Below are positions 8,356-16,337 of a stretch of 48,055 nucleotides of DNA, piece after piece. The stretch is taken from contig JBFMBJ010000001.1 in NCBI GenBank assembly GCA_040755235.1, positions 1 to 48,055 on the forward strand, given 5' to 3'. The stretch is from Candidatus Omnitrophota bacterium (GTDB lineage: Bacteria > Omnitrophota > Gorgyraeia > Gygaellales > JBFMBJ01). The position numbers and the translations under genes were made by a program. A model generated the notes under the pieces. It did not search any database. It saw only the letters and a list, made by a program, of their open reading frames with translations, and had not been told where the DNA came from. The stretch's first letter is position 1. Each line of letters starts with the position of its first letter.

Positions 8356-10413
8356 ATGGTTTTAACAAAAATTAGTGTAATTATCCCAACATATAATCGA
8401 GAAAATTACCTTAGAGAGGCAATTGATAGCGTATTGGAACAGACCTATCAAGATTTTGAGATTATTATTGTTGATGACGGTTCAAGCGATAACACTAAGG
8501 ATCTGGTAGCAAGCTATATTCTACGATATAAGCAGAAAATAAGGTATTTTTATCAAAAAAATAAAGGGCAGAGTGCAGCTATCAACATTGGCATAAGAGA
8601 ATCAAACGGAGAATATATCGCGTTTTTAGATAGTGATGATATTTGGCTTCCACAAAAAATTGAGAAATATTTGCAGCTTTTTGAAGAGAATCCAGAAATT
8701 TCTTTAATTGCAGGGCGTATGCAAGTTATTGATGGACAAGGCAATTATAAAATTGGAGTGCTTAAGCCAAAAATAATTCCAGGAAACGATGTTAGAAGTT
8801 TACTGGAGCAAGGAAGCTGTTCAACTTCCTCTATTATGGCAAAACGATGTGTGTTTGAGAATATTTTGTTTGACGAAAATCTTTTGAAAGTCGCAGATTT
8901 AGATTTCACTATTAGAGTAGCCAGGGGATATAAAATTTTAAACATTGATGACGCATTGACTCTTTATCGGGAGCATGAAATAAATTCCTTGCATAATGTT
9001 GAAATTTCACTAATAAACCAAATTAAATTTTGGGAAAAGGCAAGGAAAGAGTATAGGAATGCTGTTAAAGATAAACTATATTTACAAAAACTTGCCGAGT
9101 TAAATTATTTACTTTCAGTTGAATATTTTAAAAAAAATAAATTCAGATTAAGCAGATCTAAATGTATGGAAGCATTAAGGCGTAATCATTTCTTGGGAAA
9201 AATTTTTTGGACGAAAAAAGACTCATATCTCTCTAAGGTTTTTAAGCTAATTAAGCCTTACGGTTTGTTCTTTATCAATATCTTTCTATCAATATTTCAG
9301 TTAAATAAAACAAACAAGGAATTGGCTATACTTTTTTATGAACCATCTTCTGGATTTGGAGGTTCCGCAGGCATGTTAGCCAATATTATGGACTATTTAA
9401 CTGCTGAAAAATTTAGATCAACCATTGTAATTAAAAACTTTGGAATGCAAATTGAAAAAATTAAAAAAGGTGAAATCATAAGACTGAAAAATTACAAGGG
9501 CATCTTAAGAATTATTTATGAAGTTGTTGACTTGGTTTCTATAATTAGAACTAAGAAGATTTCTTTAGTTCACATTAACACCAATATAATTACAGGTATT
9601 CCAGCGATTTTGGCTGCGAAATTAACTGGAAAGCCATGCATTTGCCATCTTCGCGAGACGAGGAAGTTGATTAAAAGAGAAAGGTTATTCGCTAAATGGA
9701 TTGATAAATTTATTGTATTGAATAATGATGCTCACGAGATATATAGCAAAGATATAGCGGCAGATAAAATAAATCTTATTTATGATGGAATTAATACTTG
9801 TGAAAAGGTCTTAAAAGGCAATTTTAGGCAAGAATTTAACCTTAATTCTAATTCGTTAATAGGAGTAATAGGAAGAGTTATAGAAGGCAAGGGTCAAAAA
9901 GAATTTATTTTAGCAGCAAAAGAAGTTTTAAAAATTAGACCTTCGACAAAATTTGTTATAGTCGGAGAGGCTAAGGGTGGCATCGATAATTATTATAATG
10001 AGGTAAAAGAGCTAGTAAAAAGTGAAAGGTTAGATAAAAACATAATTTTCACTGGGTGGAGAAATGATGTTAATAGTATTATAGTTGACCTGGATATTAT
10101 TGTCCAATCTACTACTACTTTTCCCGAGGGTTTTGGTTTGACTTGTATAGAAGCCATGACGCTAGAAAAGCCCGTAATCGCTACAAAAGTTCCAGGTCCT
10201 TCTGATATAGTTGTCGATGGCAAGACTGGATTTTTAGTGCCAATGGGTGATATTAAAGCAATGGCAGAAAAGATGATTTACTTATTAGATAATCCGGATG
10301 TGGCAAGAAAAATGGGTGAGGCAGGCAAGAAAAGGACAGAAGAACTATTTGATATTAAAAAGCAGGTTAAAAAGGTTGAAGCGATTTATGAAGAACTTCT
10401 TAACCGCAGATGA
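8356..10413 (+). CDS. Bifunctional glycosyltransferase (N-terminal GT2 fused to C-terminal GT4)
   Basis: The N-terminus has ISVIIPTYNRENYLREAIDSVLEQ...IIIVDDGSSDNT and LDSDD. The C-terminus has EGFGLTCIEAMTLEKPVIATKVPGPSDIVVDGKTGFLVP (GT4 E-x7-E region). Confidence 0.8.
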   Translation: MVLTKISVIIPTYNRENYLREAIDSVLEQTYQDFEIIIVDDGSSDNTKDLVASYILRYKQKIRYFYQKNKGQSAAINIGIRESNGEYIAFLDSDDIWLPQKIEKYLQLFEENPEISLIAGRMQVIDGQGNYKIGVLKPKIIPGNDVRSLLEQGSCSTSSIMAKRCVFENILFDENLLKVADLDFTIRVARGYKILNIDDALTLYREHEINSLHNVEISLINQIKFWEKARKEYRNAVKDKLYLQKLAELNYLLSVEYFKKNKFRLSRSKCMEALRRNHFLGKIFWTKKDSYLSKVFKLIKPYGLFFINIFLSIFQLNKTNKELAILFYEPSSGFGGSAGMLANIMDYLTAEKFRSTIVIKNFGMQIEKIKKGEIIRLKNYKGILRIIYEVVDLVSIIRTKKISLVHINTNIITGIPAILAAKLTGKPCICHLRETRKLIKRERLFAKWIDKFIVLNNDAHEIYSKDIAADKINLIYDGINTCEKVLKGNFRQEFNLNSNSLIGVIGRVIEGKGQKEFILAAKEVLKIRPSTKFVIVGEAKGGIDNYYNEVKELVKSERLDKNIIFTGWRNDVNSIIVDLDIIVQSTTTFPEGFGLTCIEAMTLEKPVIATKVPGPSDIVVDGKTGFLVPMGDIKAMAEKMIYLLDNPDVARKMGEAGKKRTEELFDIKKQVKKVEAIYEELLNRR

Positions 10414-10482
10414 TCATCCCTCGACAGGCTCGGGATCCTTCGCTGATGGATACTGAGCAAAATCGAAGGACAGACAAAAACT

Positions 10483-12909
10483 ATGACTAAGATTTGTTTC
10501 ATAATTGATAATTTAAAGATAGCGGGTGCGCAGAGGCATCTTTTAAGATTGACCAAAGGATTAACCAACAGGGGGTATTCTCCAGAGGTTATTTCCCTTG
10601 GCATTAATGATGAAAATTTAATTAAAGAGATAAAGGCGCCATTGGCTACATTTAAAATGGATTGTATCTGGAGGATGAGTTTTTGGCTGAATTTTATACA
10701 GTTAATTAAATTTATTTCTAAGCAAAGGCCGGTAATAGTCCATACTTACCTTAATACTTCTAATGTCTTTGGGGTTTTATCTGCTAAAATTGCTAAGGTT
10801 CCCATTATTTTCTCCTCGCGCAGAGATTTAGGCCAATTCCGCTCGAGGTTAATTGGCTTGTTAGAGCGTTTTACTGCACATCTTAGCGATAAAGTTGTTT
10901 GTGTTTCCAATGCTGTTCAAAATCATGTTATTGATTCAGAGCGAATTAGTAGAGAGAAAACGGCTGTTATATATAATGGAGTAGACGTAGATAGTTTGCG
11001 AGTTAACGAGTTGACGAGTTGGCGAGTTAGAAAAGAAATCGGAATAGGTGAAAATGAATTAGCAGTTGGAATGATAGCGACGATGGACAGGGAAGAAAAG
11101 GGGCATAAGGAATTCATTGAAGCAGCGGGTTTGGTTGTAAAAGAAATTCCGAACGTCAAATTTCTGCTTATCGGCGACGGTTTTCTTCGTCAAAAGTTAG
11201 AAAACGCAATACGTGATACCTGCCTTGCCGGCAGGCAGGCGCATGACGCAATACGAGGCAAAGTTTTATTTCTTGGTAAACGTAACGGCATACCAGAATT
11301 ATTATCCACAATGGATGTGTCGGTGAACGCTTCATATTCAGAAGGAATGTCCAATACAATTTTAGAGTCTATGGCAGCTGGAGTGCCAGTAGTAGCTACA
11401 GCAATAGATGGCAATCTCGAAACTGTCAAAAGCTTACAGTTTGATTACAGTGATTTAGATAAAGATTACAGTGATAAAAATTGTGCAACTGGGATACTCG
11501 TGCCGCCAAAAGAGCCACAAGCTATGGCAAAAGCTATTATAAAGATACTTAAAGATAAGGAATTAGCTGTGAAGATGGGTGAAAACGCGAGGCGATTAGT
11601 TTACGAAAAATTCTCTCTTGAAACAATGGTGAATAATTACGCTAAACTTTATCAAGATTTATCCGCGCCAATCCGCGTCCAAAACAATCCGCGCCAATCC
11701 GCGTCCACAGTGGGTTATATCGTTTCTCTTTTTCCCTGTTGGTCAGAAACCTTTATCTTAAATGAAATAATAGAGTTAAAGAGAAAAGGTATTGAAGTGA
11801 CTATATTCTCTATAAGAAAAGATTTGGAAGCATTTATTCAAGAGAAGTCAAAACTGCTTATAAAAAATACAATATATCCAGAAAAGCCAGGTGTATTTAG
11901 GTCATTTGTATTTTGGGCTGTAAGAAAACCAGTGACATTGCTTTCAATTTTCTGGTTGGTTGTCAGTAAAAGATATTCAAGCTCAAAAGTTCTACTTAAG
12001 AACATCTGGTGTATTTTTGTCGGTTGCTACTTTGCTACTATTGTAAAAAAAGAGAATATCAAAAACCTCCATGCACATTTTGCAACCTACCCAACTTTAG
12101 TAGCTTTGGTCATATCAAGATTGACTAAGATTAGTTATACTTTTACCAATCATGCTCATGACATATTCTTAGAAAAAGCTCTTTTAAAAGAAAAATCCAG
12201 AGATGCAAAAGCCATAGTTGCTATCTCAAATTATAATAAGCAATATCTGGATAATATTTGTCAAAATGGAGTTATAGATAAGACGCACGTCATTCATTGC
12301 GGCTTAGATTTAGCTGAATTTGTTAATTTAAACGTCAAGCATAAAGATAATACGATTTTGAGTATCGGCAGATTAACCAAAATGAAGGGTTTTGAATATC
12401 TTATTAAAGCTTGCAATCAAATTAAAAATCGCCTGCCTGTCCAATGCCGCATAATTGGCGATGGTCCTTTGAATGATGAATTGGAAAGGTTAATTATTAA
12501 TTTAGGAGTAAGGAGTAGCGTAAAATTAAAAGGGGTAACGGACAACAGTGAGATTAAGCAATTATTACAGGAAAGTGCTGTATTTATCATGTCCAGCGTC
12601 TGGGATGAGCAGGATGGCCAAGATGGCATCCCGATCGTATTAATGGAGGCAATGGCAGCAGGCGTGCCGGTGATAGGTTCAAATATTTCAGGCATACCCG
12701 AATTGATCCAGGATGGTCAGACAGGGCTGTTGGTTGAGCCAGGCAATGTTGTAGATTTGGCAAAGAAGATTGAGCTTTTGTTGAACGATAAAGATTTGCA
12801 GGCTCGCTTAGCTAAAGCAGGCAGGCGTAAGGTTGAAGAGGAATTTGATATTCATAAGAGTGTAGAGAAGCTAATTGAGGTATTTAACTTATCGAGCTGT
12901 CATACATAG
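10483..12909 (+). CDS. Two GT4 glycosyltransferase modules in one ORF (tandem fusion through a repeat linker)
   Basis: Module 1 has SEGMSNTILESMAAGVPVVATAIDGNLE. Module 2 starts like a complete WcaL-type GT (VGYIVSLFPCWSETFILNEIIELKRKGIEV) and has DGIPIVLMEAMAAGVPVIGSNISGIPELIQDGQTGLLV. The junction is the 21-nt direct repeat at 11661-11707. An in-frame GTG at 11710 could be an internal start. Confidence 0.8.
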   Translation: MTKICFIIDNLKIAGAQRHLLRLTKGLTNRGYSPEVISLGINDENLIKEIKAPLATFKMDCIWRMSFWLNFIQLIKFISKQRPVIVHTYLNTSNVFGVLSAKIAKVPIIFSSRRDLGQFRSRLIGLLERFTAHLSDKVVCVSNAVQNHVIDSERISREKTAVIYNGVDVDSLRVNELTSWRVRKEIGIGENELAVGMIATMDREEKGHKEFIEAAGLVVKEIPNVKFLLIGDGFLRQKLENAIRDTCLAGRQAHDAIRGKVLFLGKRNGIPELLSTMDVSVNASYSEGMSNTILESMAAGVPVVATAIDGNLETVKSLQFDYSDLDKDYSDKNCATGILVPPKEPQAMAKAIIKILKDKELAVKMGENARRLVYEKFSLETMVNNYAKLYQDLSAPIRVQNNPRQSASTVGYIVSLFPCWSETFILNEIIELKRKGIEVTIFSIRKDLEAFIQEKSKLLIKNTIYPEKPGVFRSFVFWAVRKPVTLLSIFWLVVSKRYSSSKVLLKNIWCIFVGCYFATIVKKENIKNLHAHFATYPTLVALVISRLTKISYTFTNHAHDIFLEKALLKEKSRDAKAIVAISNYNKQYLDNICQNGVIDKTHVIHCGLDLAEFVNLNVKHKDNTILSIGRLTKMKGFEYLIKACNQIKNRLPVQCRIIGDGPLNDELERLIINLGVRSSVKLKGVTDNSEIKQLLQESAVFIMSSVWDEQDGQDGIPIVLMEAMAAGVPVIGSNISGIPELIQDGQTGLLVEPGNVVDLAKKIELLLNDKDLQARLAKAGRRKVEEEFDIHKSVEKLIEVFNLSSCHT
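10993..11030. repeat. In-frame octamer array (NNCGAGTT x4), copy a
   Basis: agtttgcgagttaacgagttgacgagttggcgagttag encodes SLRVNELTSWRVR. It is 35/38 identical to 13945-13982 in a paralogous GT4, whereas the flanking coding DNA is much less similar. Confidence 0.85.
11204..11255. repeat. In-frame ACGCAATACG pair (42-nt spacing) around a GC-rich hairpin
   Basis: acgcaatacg occurs at 11204-11213 and 11246-11255. The central cctgcc-ttgcc-ggcagg lies at 11219-11235. The segment encodes AIRDTCLAGRQAHDAIRG in a GT4 linker that is normally shorter. Confidence 0.8.
11443..11475. repeat. In-frame GATTACAGTGAT direct repeat, 21-nt period
   Basis: Perfect 12-mers at 11443-11454 and 11464-11475 encode DYSD twice, inside the GT4 E...G loop. 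The reverse complement atcactgtaatc occurs at 18878-18889. Confidence 0.85.
11661..11707. repeat. Perfect 21-nt direct repeat (atccgcgccaatccgcgtcca x2, 5-nt spacer) at the GT4-GT4 junction
   Basis: Units at 11661-11681 and 11687-11707. Each unit is itself two ATCCGCGNCA decamers. The region is translated as SAPIRVQNNPRQSAS. Confidence 0.9.
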
Positions 12910-12991
12910 TCATAGGTAGTCATAAAATGGTCATACAATTGTAAAAGATACTATAAGTATATTGTAATAAATAGTCATACATTGTAAAAAG
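12899..12991. repeat. GTCATA array (left flank of 4HB cassette 2)
   Basis: GTCATA at 12899, 12909, 12919, 12930 (10-11 nt phasing) and 12974. gtcatacaattgtaaaag and gtcatacattgtaaaaag are near duplicates. Stops occur in all three + frames, and the stop of the upstream GT (12907) lies inside the array. Confidence 0.85.
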
Positions 12992-12995
12992 GAGA

Positions 12996-13385
12996 ATGGA
13001 ATTGGCGGGAGATATAAGAGATTTTGATGATTTGGAAGTATATCAGCTGGCTTTAGAATTGGCAGATTGGATATATGATTTAACAAGCAATTTTCCTAGT
13101 GAAGAAAGGTTCAATGTTACCTCGCAGATAAGGGATGCTGCAACTTCAATTGGCGCAAATATAGCCGAAGGCTATGGTCGGTTTCACTATAAAGAAAACA
13201 TTCAATTTTGTAGACAAGCAAGAGGCTCTTTATCTGAGACAAAGCACTTTATGATTTTTAGCAATAAACGCAAGTATATTTCTGATGATATTTACAAAGA
13301 ATTTTTACAAAAATACAAGCAATTACAAATAAAAATTAACAATTATATTAATTCAATTGGTAAGAAGAATAGTGACGATGTATGA
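12996..13385 (+). CDS. Four-helix-bundle protein (23S rRNA IVS protein / Avd-like family)
   Basis: DFDDLEVYQLALEL..., RDAATSIGANIAEGYGRFHYKENIQFCRQARGSLSETKH. SD aaaggag lies 5 nt upstream. Confidence 0.85.
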   Translation: MELAGDIRDFDDLEVYQLALELADWIYDLTSNFPSEERFNVTSQIRDAATSIGANIAEGYGRFHYKENIQFCRQARGSLSETKHFMIFSNKRKYISDDIYKEFLQKYKQLQIKINNYINSIGKKNSDDV

Positions 13386-13417
13386 CAACATTTGACAATG
13401 GTATGACAATATATGAC
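13381..13417. repeat. TATGAC array (right flank of 4HB cassette 2; inverse of the GTCATA array)
   Basis: TATGAC at 13381, 13402 and 13412, plus TTTGAC at 13391 (10-11 nt phasing). The 4HB stop TGA 13383-13385 lies in the first unit. Confidence 0.85.
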
Positions 13418-14548
13418 GATTCACGTGCTTCGGCGCGAAAAATTAACATCCTGCACGTGATTTGGTCCTTAGAAAAAGGCGGCGCGGAAAGATTCTTGGT
13501 TTTGCTGGTTAAAAATTTTGACCAAAGCCGTTTCAATTCCATTGTTTGTTGCCTTAATTGGAAAGGCGAATGGGCAAGCGAACTTGAGGAAAAAGGAATC
13601 AAGGTTATTGCCTTAAATAAAAAAGGTAAGTTCGACATCTGTGTAATCTATAGAATAATCTGTGTAATCAGACAATATAAAATTGATATTGTAAATACTC
13701 ATCTTTGGGCAGCAGATTGCTTAGGAAGGGTTGCGGCTATTTTTGGGGGAGTGCCCATAATTATAAGCACAGTCCAAAATGTAGATATCTGGAAGAAGTT
13801 TTGGCATAAAATCATAGATAAGATGTTGGCGAACCGAACAACCAAATTTATTGCAGTTTCAAAAGCAGTTAAGGAGTTTTTGATTAATACAGAAAAGATT
13901 CCTGAAGAAAAAATTGAGATAATACCGAATGCGATTGATGCAGAAAGTTTGCGAGTTAACGAGTTGGCGGGTTTGCGAGTTAGAGAAGATTTAGGGATTA
14001 AAAACGAAGAGATAGTGCTGACTGTAATTGGAAGATTGGTTGAACAAAAGGGCCATAAATATTTGTTTGAAGCCTTGAGTATGCTGGATGGCAGGTATAG
14101 AGTGAAATTACTGGTGGTTGGTGATGGGCCGCTTAGAGAAAGTTTACAGTTTAAAGTTAACAGTTTACAGTTAGAGAATAAAATTCAATTCTTAGGGCAG
14201 AGAAGAGACATGGCAGAAATATTTAATGCGAGTGATGGTGTGATTTTGCCTTCGCTTTATGAGGGGTTGCCTGTAAGCATTTTAGAGGCGATGGCTGTTG
14301 GTAAGCCTGTAATCGCAACAGATGTTGGCGGCACTTGCGAACTTGTTAAAGATGGAGAAACTGGATTTTTGGCACAAGCAAAAAACAGCAAAAGCTTAGC
14401 ATCTAATATAGAAAAACTTTTAACTTCACCAGATAAAGGAAAAAAAATGGGAGAGAGAGGCAAGGAATTGGTTAATAATGCCTTTTCTATACAGGCTATA
14501 GTTAAAAAAACAGCAGATTTATATCTCTCACTTCTCGGTAACGGTTAG
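13382..14548 (+). CDS. Family 4 glycosyltransferase
   Basis: INILHVIWSLEKGGAE..., YEGLPVSILEAMAVGKPVIATDVGGTCELVKDGETGFL. The first ~15 codons (MTTFDNGMTIYDD) are a translation of the TATGAC array, so the true start is probably downstream (ATG 13403 or later). Confidence 0.8.
   Translation: MTTFDNGMTIYDDSRASARKINILHVIWSLEKGGAERFLVLLVKNFDQSRFNSIVCCLNWKGEWASELEEKGIKVIALNKKGKFDICVIYRIICVIRQYKIDIVNTHLWAADCLGRVAAIFGGVPIIISTVQNVDIWKKFWHKIIDKMLANRTTKFIAVSKAVKEFLINTEKIPEEKIEIIPNAIDAESLRVNELAGLRVREDLGIKNEEIVLTVIGRLVEQKGHKYLFEALSMLDGRYRVKLLVVGDGPLRESLQFKVNSLQLENKIQFLGQRRDMAEIFNASDGVILPSLYEGLPVSILEAMAVGKPVIATDVGGTCELVKDGETGFLAQAKNSKSLASNIEKLLTSPDKGKKMGERGKELVNNAFSIQAIVKKTADLYLSLLGNG
13637..13669. repeat. 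In-frame ATCTGTGTAATC direct repeat, 21-nt period
   Basis: Perfect 12-mers at 13637-13648 and 13658-13669 encode ICVIYRIICVI. Confidence 0.85.
13945..13982. repeat. In-frame octamer array (NNCGAGTT-type), copy b
   Basis: agtttgcgagttaacgagttggcgggtttgcgagttag encodes SLRVNELAGLRVR. It is 35/38 identical to 10993-11030. Confidence 0.85.
14141..14172. repeat. In-frame AGTTTACAGTT direct repeat, 21-nt period
   Basis: Units at 14141-14151 and 14162-14172 encode SLQFKVNSLQL. They share the TTACAG core with 11433-11475. Confidence 0.8.
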
Positions 14549-14581
14549 GGTAACGAAGCCAGTATCGGTAAGGGTAATGGC
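14535..14581. repeat. Flank A of 4HB cassette 3 (GGTAACG/GGTAAGG-type low-complexity array)
   Basis: tcggtaacggttagggtaacgaagccagtatcggtaagggtaatggc. It contains the GT stop TAG 14546-14548 and stops in all + frames. An inverted copy lies at 18716-18763. Confidence 0.85.
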
Positions 14582-14588
14582 AAAGTAA

Positions 14589-14984
14589 ATGGAAAATAAA
14601 AAACGAATAACAAGTTTTAAAGATTTAGAAGTATACCAGAATAGCTACAGAGCTATGCTAAGTGTAATGAAAGAGATTGTTCCGAAATTACCCGAGAGAG
14701 AAAAATACGACTTGGTAGATCAATTGAGTAGAGCCTGTAAGTCAATACCCAGATTGATAGCAGAAGGTTATGCTAAGCGGCACCAAAAGGCAGGTTTCCA
14801 GAAATATATTGATGATGCGATGAGCGAGTCTAATGAAATGGTTGTTAGTTTAAGCGAGTCGCGAGATATATACTTTAATTATATAGATGTGAAACAGTGC
14901 GATGAATTAATTGATATTTATGATAAGACAGGCAGGCAGCTTTATAAATTAGCTGAAAGTTGGACAAATTTTAAAAGACGATAG
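14589..14984 (+). CDS. Four-helix-bundle protein (23S rRNA IVS protein / Avd-like family)
   Basis: SFKDLEVYQNSYRA..., LSRACKSIPRLIAEGYAKRHQKAGFQKYIDDAMSESNE. Confidence 0.85.
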   Translation: MENKKRITSFKDLEVYQNSYRAMLSVMKEIVPKLPEREKYDLVDQLSRACKSIPRLIAEGYAKRHQKAGFQKYIDDAMSESNEMVVSLSESRDIYFNYIDVKQCDELIDIYDKTGRQLYKLAESWTNFKRR

Positions 14985-15040
14985 ACGTAACCCAAGGACG
15001 AAACGGGCATCCTAACCTTAACCTAAAAACGTTGCCATAA
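14983..15040. repeat. Flank B of 4HB cassette 3
   Basis: agacgtaacccaaggacgaaacgggcatcctaaccttaacctaaaaacgttgccataa. Its reverse complement matches 18579-18636 at 54/58 positions. Confidence 0.9.
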
Positions 15041-15057
15041 CGTATAGTGGTATTCAC

Positions 15058-16293
15058 ATGAAAAGGACAATACTCGCTTTATTTATTCTCTATCTACCGT
15101 TTCAATTACGGCTGCCTCAGATTCCGATAATTAATACTTTGAATTTCTTTCTTATTCTATTATTTTTGATTTTACTTTTTGACAGAAAACCTAATTCTGC
15201 TGCCTTGAGTATTGATATTCCGCTTTTATTATTTTTATTTATATGGATTGCTTCATTTGCACATACATTAGCTTATCCACCGGGAATATGGAAATATCCA
15301 GTTGCTGTTGACTTTAAAAGATTAATTTCACTTCCTTTGGCATATTTTGTATCCAGCCGTTGCATAAAAACAAAAAAAGAATTGAATTTTGTTTTTTTTA
15401 TGATACTTTTAAGTCTGGGCTTGGTTGCGCTACATACTTGGAAAAGCGGTATGTTAGCAGGTCCTCATTATGCTGATTTTAAGAGGTCATCGGGTCCTTT
15501 TGGCGAAGGTTTTAAAGGAGCTGATATTGCCGGTGGTTTTTTGGCAATATTTACGCCTTTTTTGCTTTCATATTCGATTTTTACTAAAAAAAGAATAGAA
15601 AAAATAGCTGGTTTTTTGGGATTAGGTATTTGTATTATGGCACTTTTTGCTACTTATTCCCGCGGTTCCATTGCAGCTTTACTTATTGCTGTGCTTATAA
15701 TGATTTTATCTTCATTAAAACATTTTTTTAAAACTTCTAAGATTTCAACAATGATAATATTGATAACTTTTATTGGACTTGGATTAACGTGGGAACGTTG
15801 GGTTCCTCAGTCTATTATTCATAGGATAGAGGGAACAACAGCGCAGGAAGAGTCTTATGGCGGGGAATTACCCCTTGATGAAAGTTCGCAAGGTAGGATT
15901 AAGAAATGGGAAGTGGGCATAGAAGTATTTCGGATGAATCCTATATTTGGTGTTGGATTTAAAATACCAGAATTTGTTCTTAAGTCAGATACTCACAATT
16001 CTTTTATCCAGATTGCAGCGGAAATGGGCATTTTTGGTTTTCTTGTATTTCTTTTATTTCTTCTAAGCATATTTATAAAGACAAAATCATTATTAAAGAC
16101 CGAATATGTTTGGTTGGGAGTTGGTTTTATTGGCTGTCTGATTGCTTTTATAATTGTGAATATGTTTTATAGTAATTTTTTTAGAGATACTGTGGTAGGA
16201 ACCTTTTGGGTCTTATTGGGGTTGTTGGTGAGTGCGAAGAAGTTAAGTGAGGCAAATGAAGACATAAGTTATGGAGCTCATAGAGCGACATAA
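15058..16293 (+). CDS. O-antigen ligase / polymerase-like membrane protein (Wzy_C family)
   Basis: Polytopic hydrophobic protein with YSRGSIAALLIAVLIM and DTHNSFIQIAAEMGIFGF, typical of the O-antigen ligase domain. Confidence 0.75.
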   Translation: MKRTILALFILYLPFQLRLPQIPIINTLNFFLILLFLILLFDRKPNSAALSIDIPLLLFLFIWIASFAHTLAYPPGIWKYPVAVDFKRLISLPLAYFVSSRCIKTKKELNFVFFMILLSLGLVALHTWKSGMLAGPHYADFKRSSGPFGEGFKGADIAGGFLAIFTPFLLSYSIFTKKRIEKIAGFLGLGICIMALFATYSRGSIAALLIAVLIMILSSLKHFFKTSKISTMIILITFIGLGLTWERWVPQSIIHRIEGTTAQEESYGGELPLDESSQGRIKKWEVGIEVFRMNPIFGVGFKIPEFVLKSDTHNSFIQIAAEMGIFGFLVFLLFLLSIFIKTKSLLKTEYVWLGVGFIGCLIAFIIVNMFYSNFFRDTVVGTFWVLLGLLVSAKKLSEANEDISYGAHRAT

Positions 16294-16311
16294 CTTATTT
16301 GTCTGAATTTG

Positions 16312-16326
16312 TCCCGCCCTTTTGGC
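16312..16326. repeat. Left arm of a perfect 15-bp inverted repeat around the GIY-YIG gene
   Basis: tcccgcccttttggc is the exact reverse complement of 16601-16615. Confidence 0.95.
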
Positions 16327-16337
16327 TGGAGGTAGGT

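Noticed and set aside
577-14984. 4HB (Avd-like) genes as part of a diversity-generating retroelement
   Set aside because: Avd belongs to the same family, but the window has no reverse transcriptase ORF and I found no template/variable repeat pair with A-specific mismatches.
577-15040. Presence of a 23S rRNA gene, because the 4HB family is named after rRNA intervening sequences
   Set aside because: The flanking DNA is protein-coding (cysN, phosphodiesterase, glycosyltransferases). No rRNA-like conserved sequence was seen.
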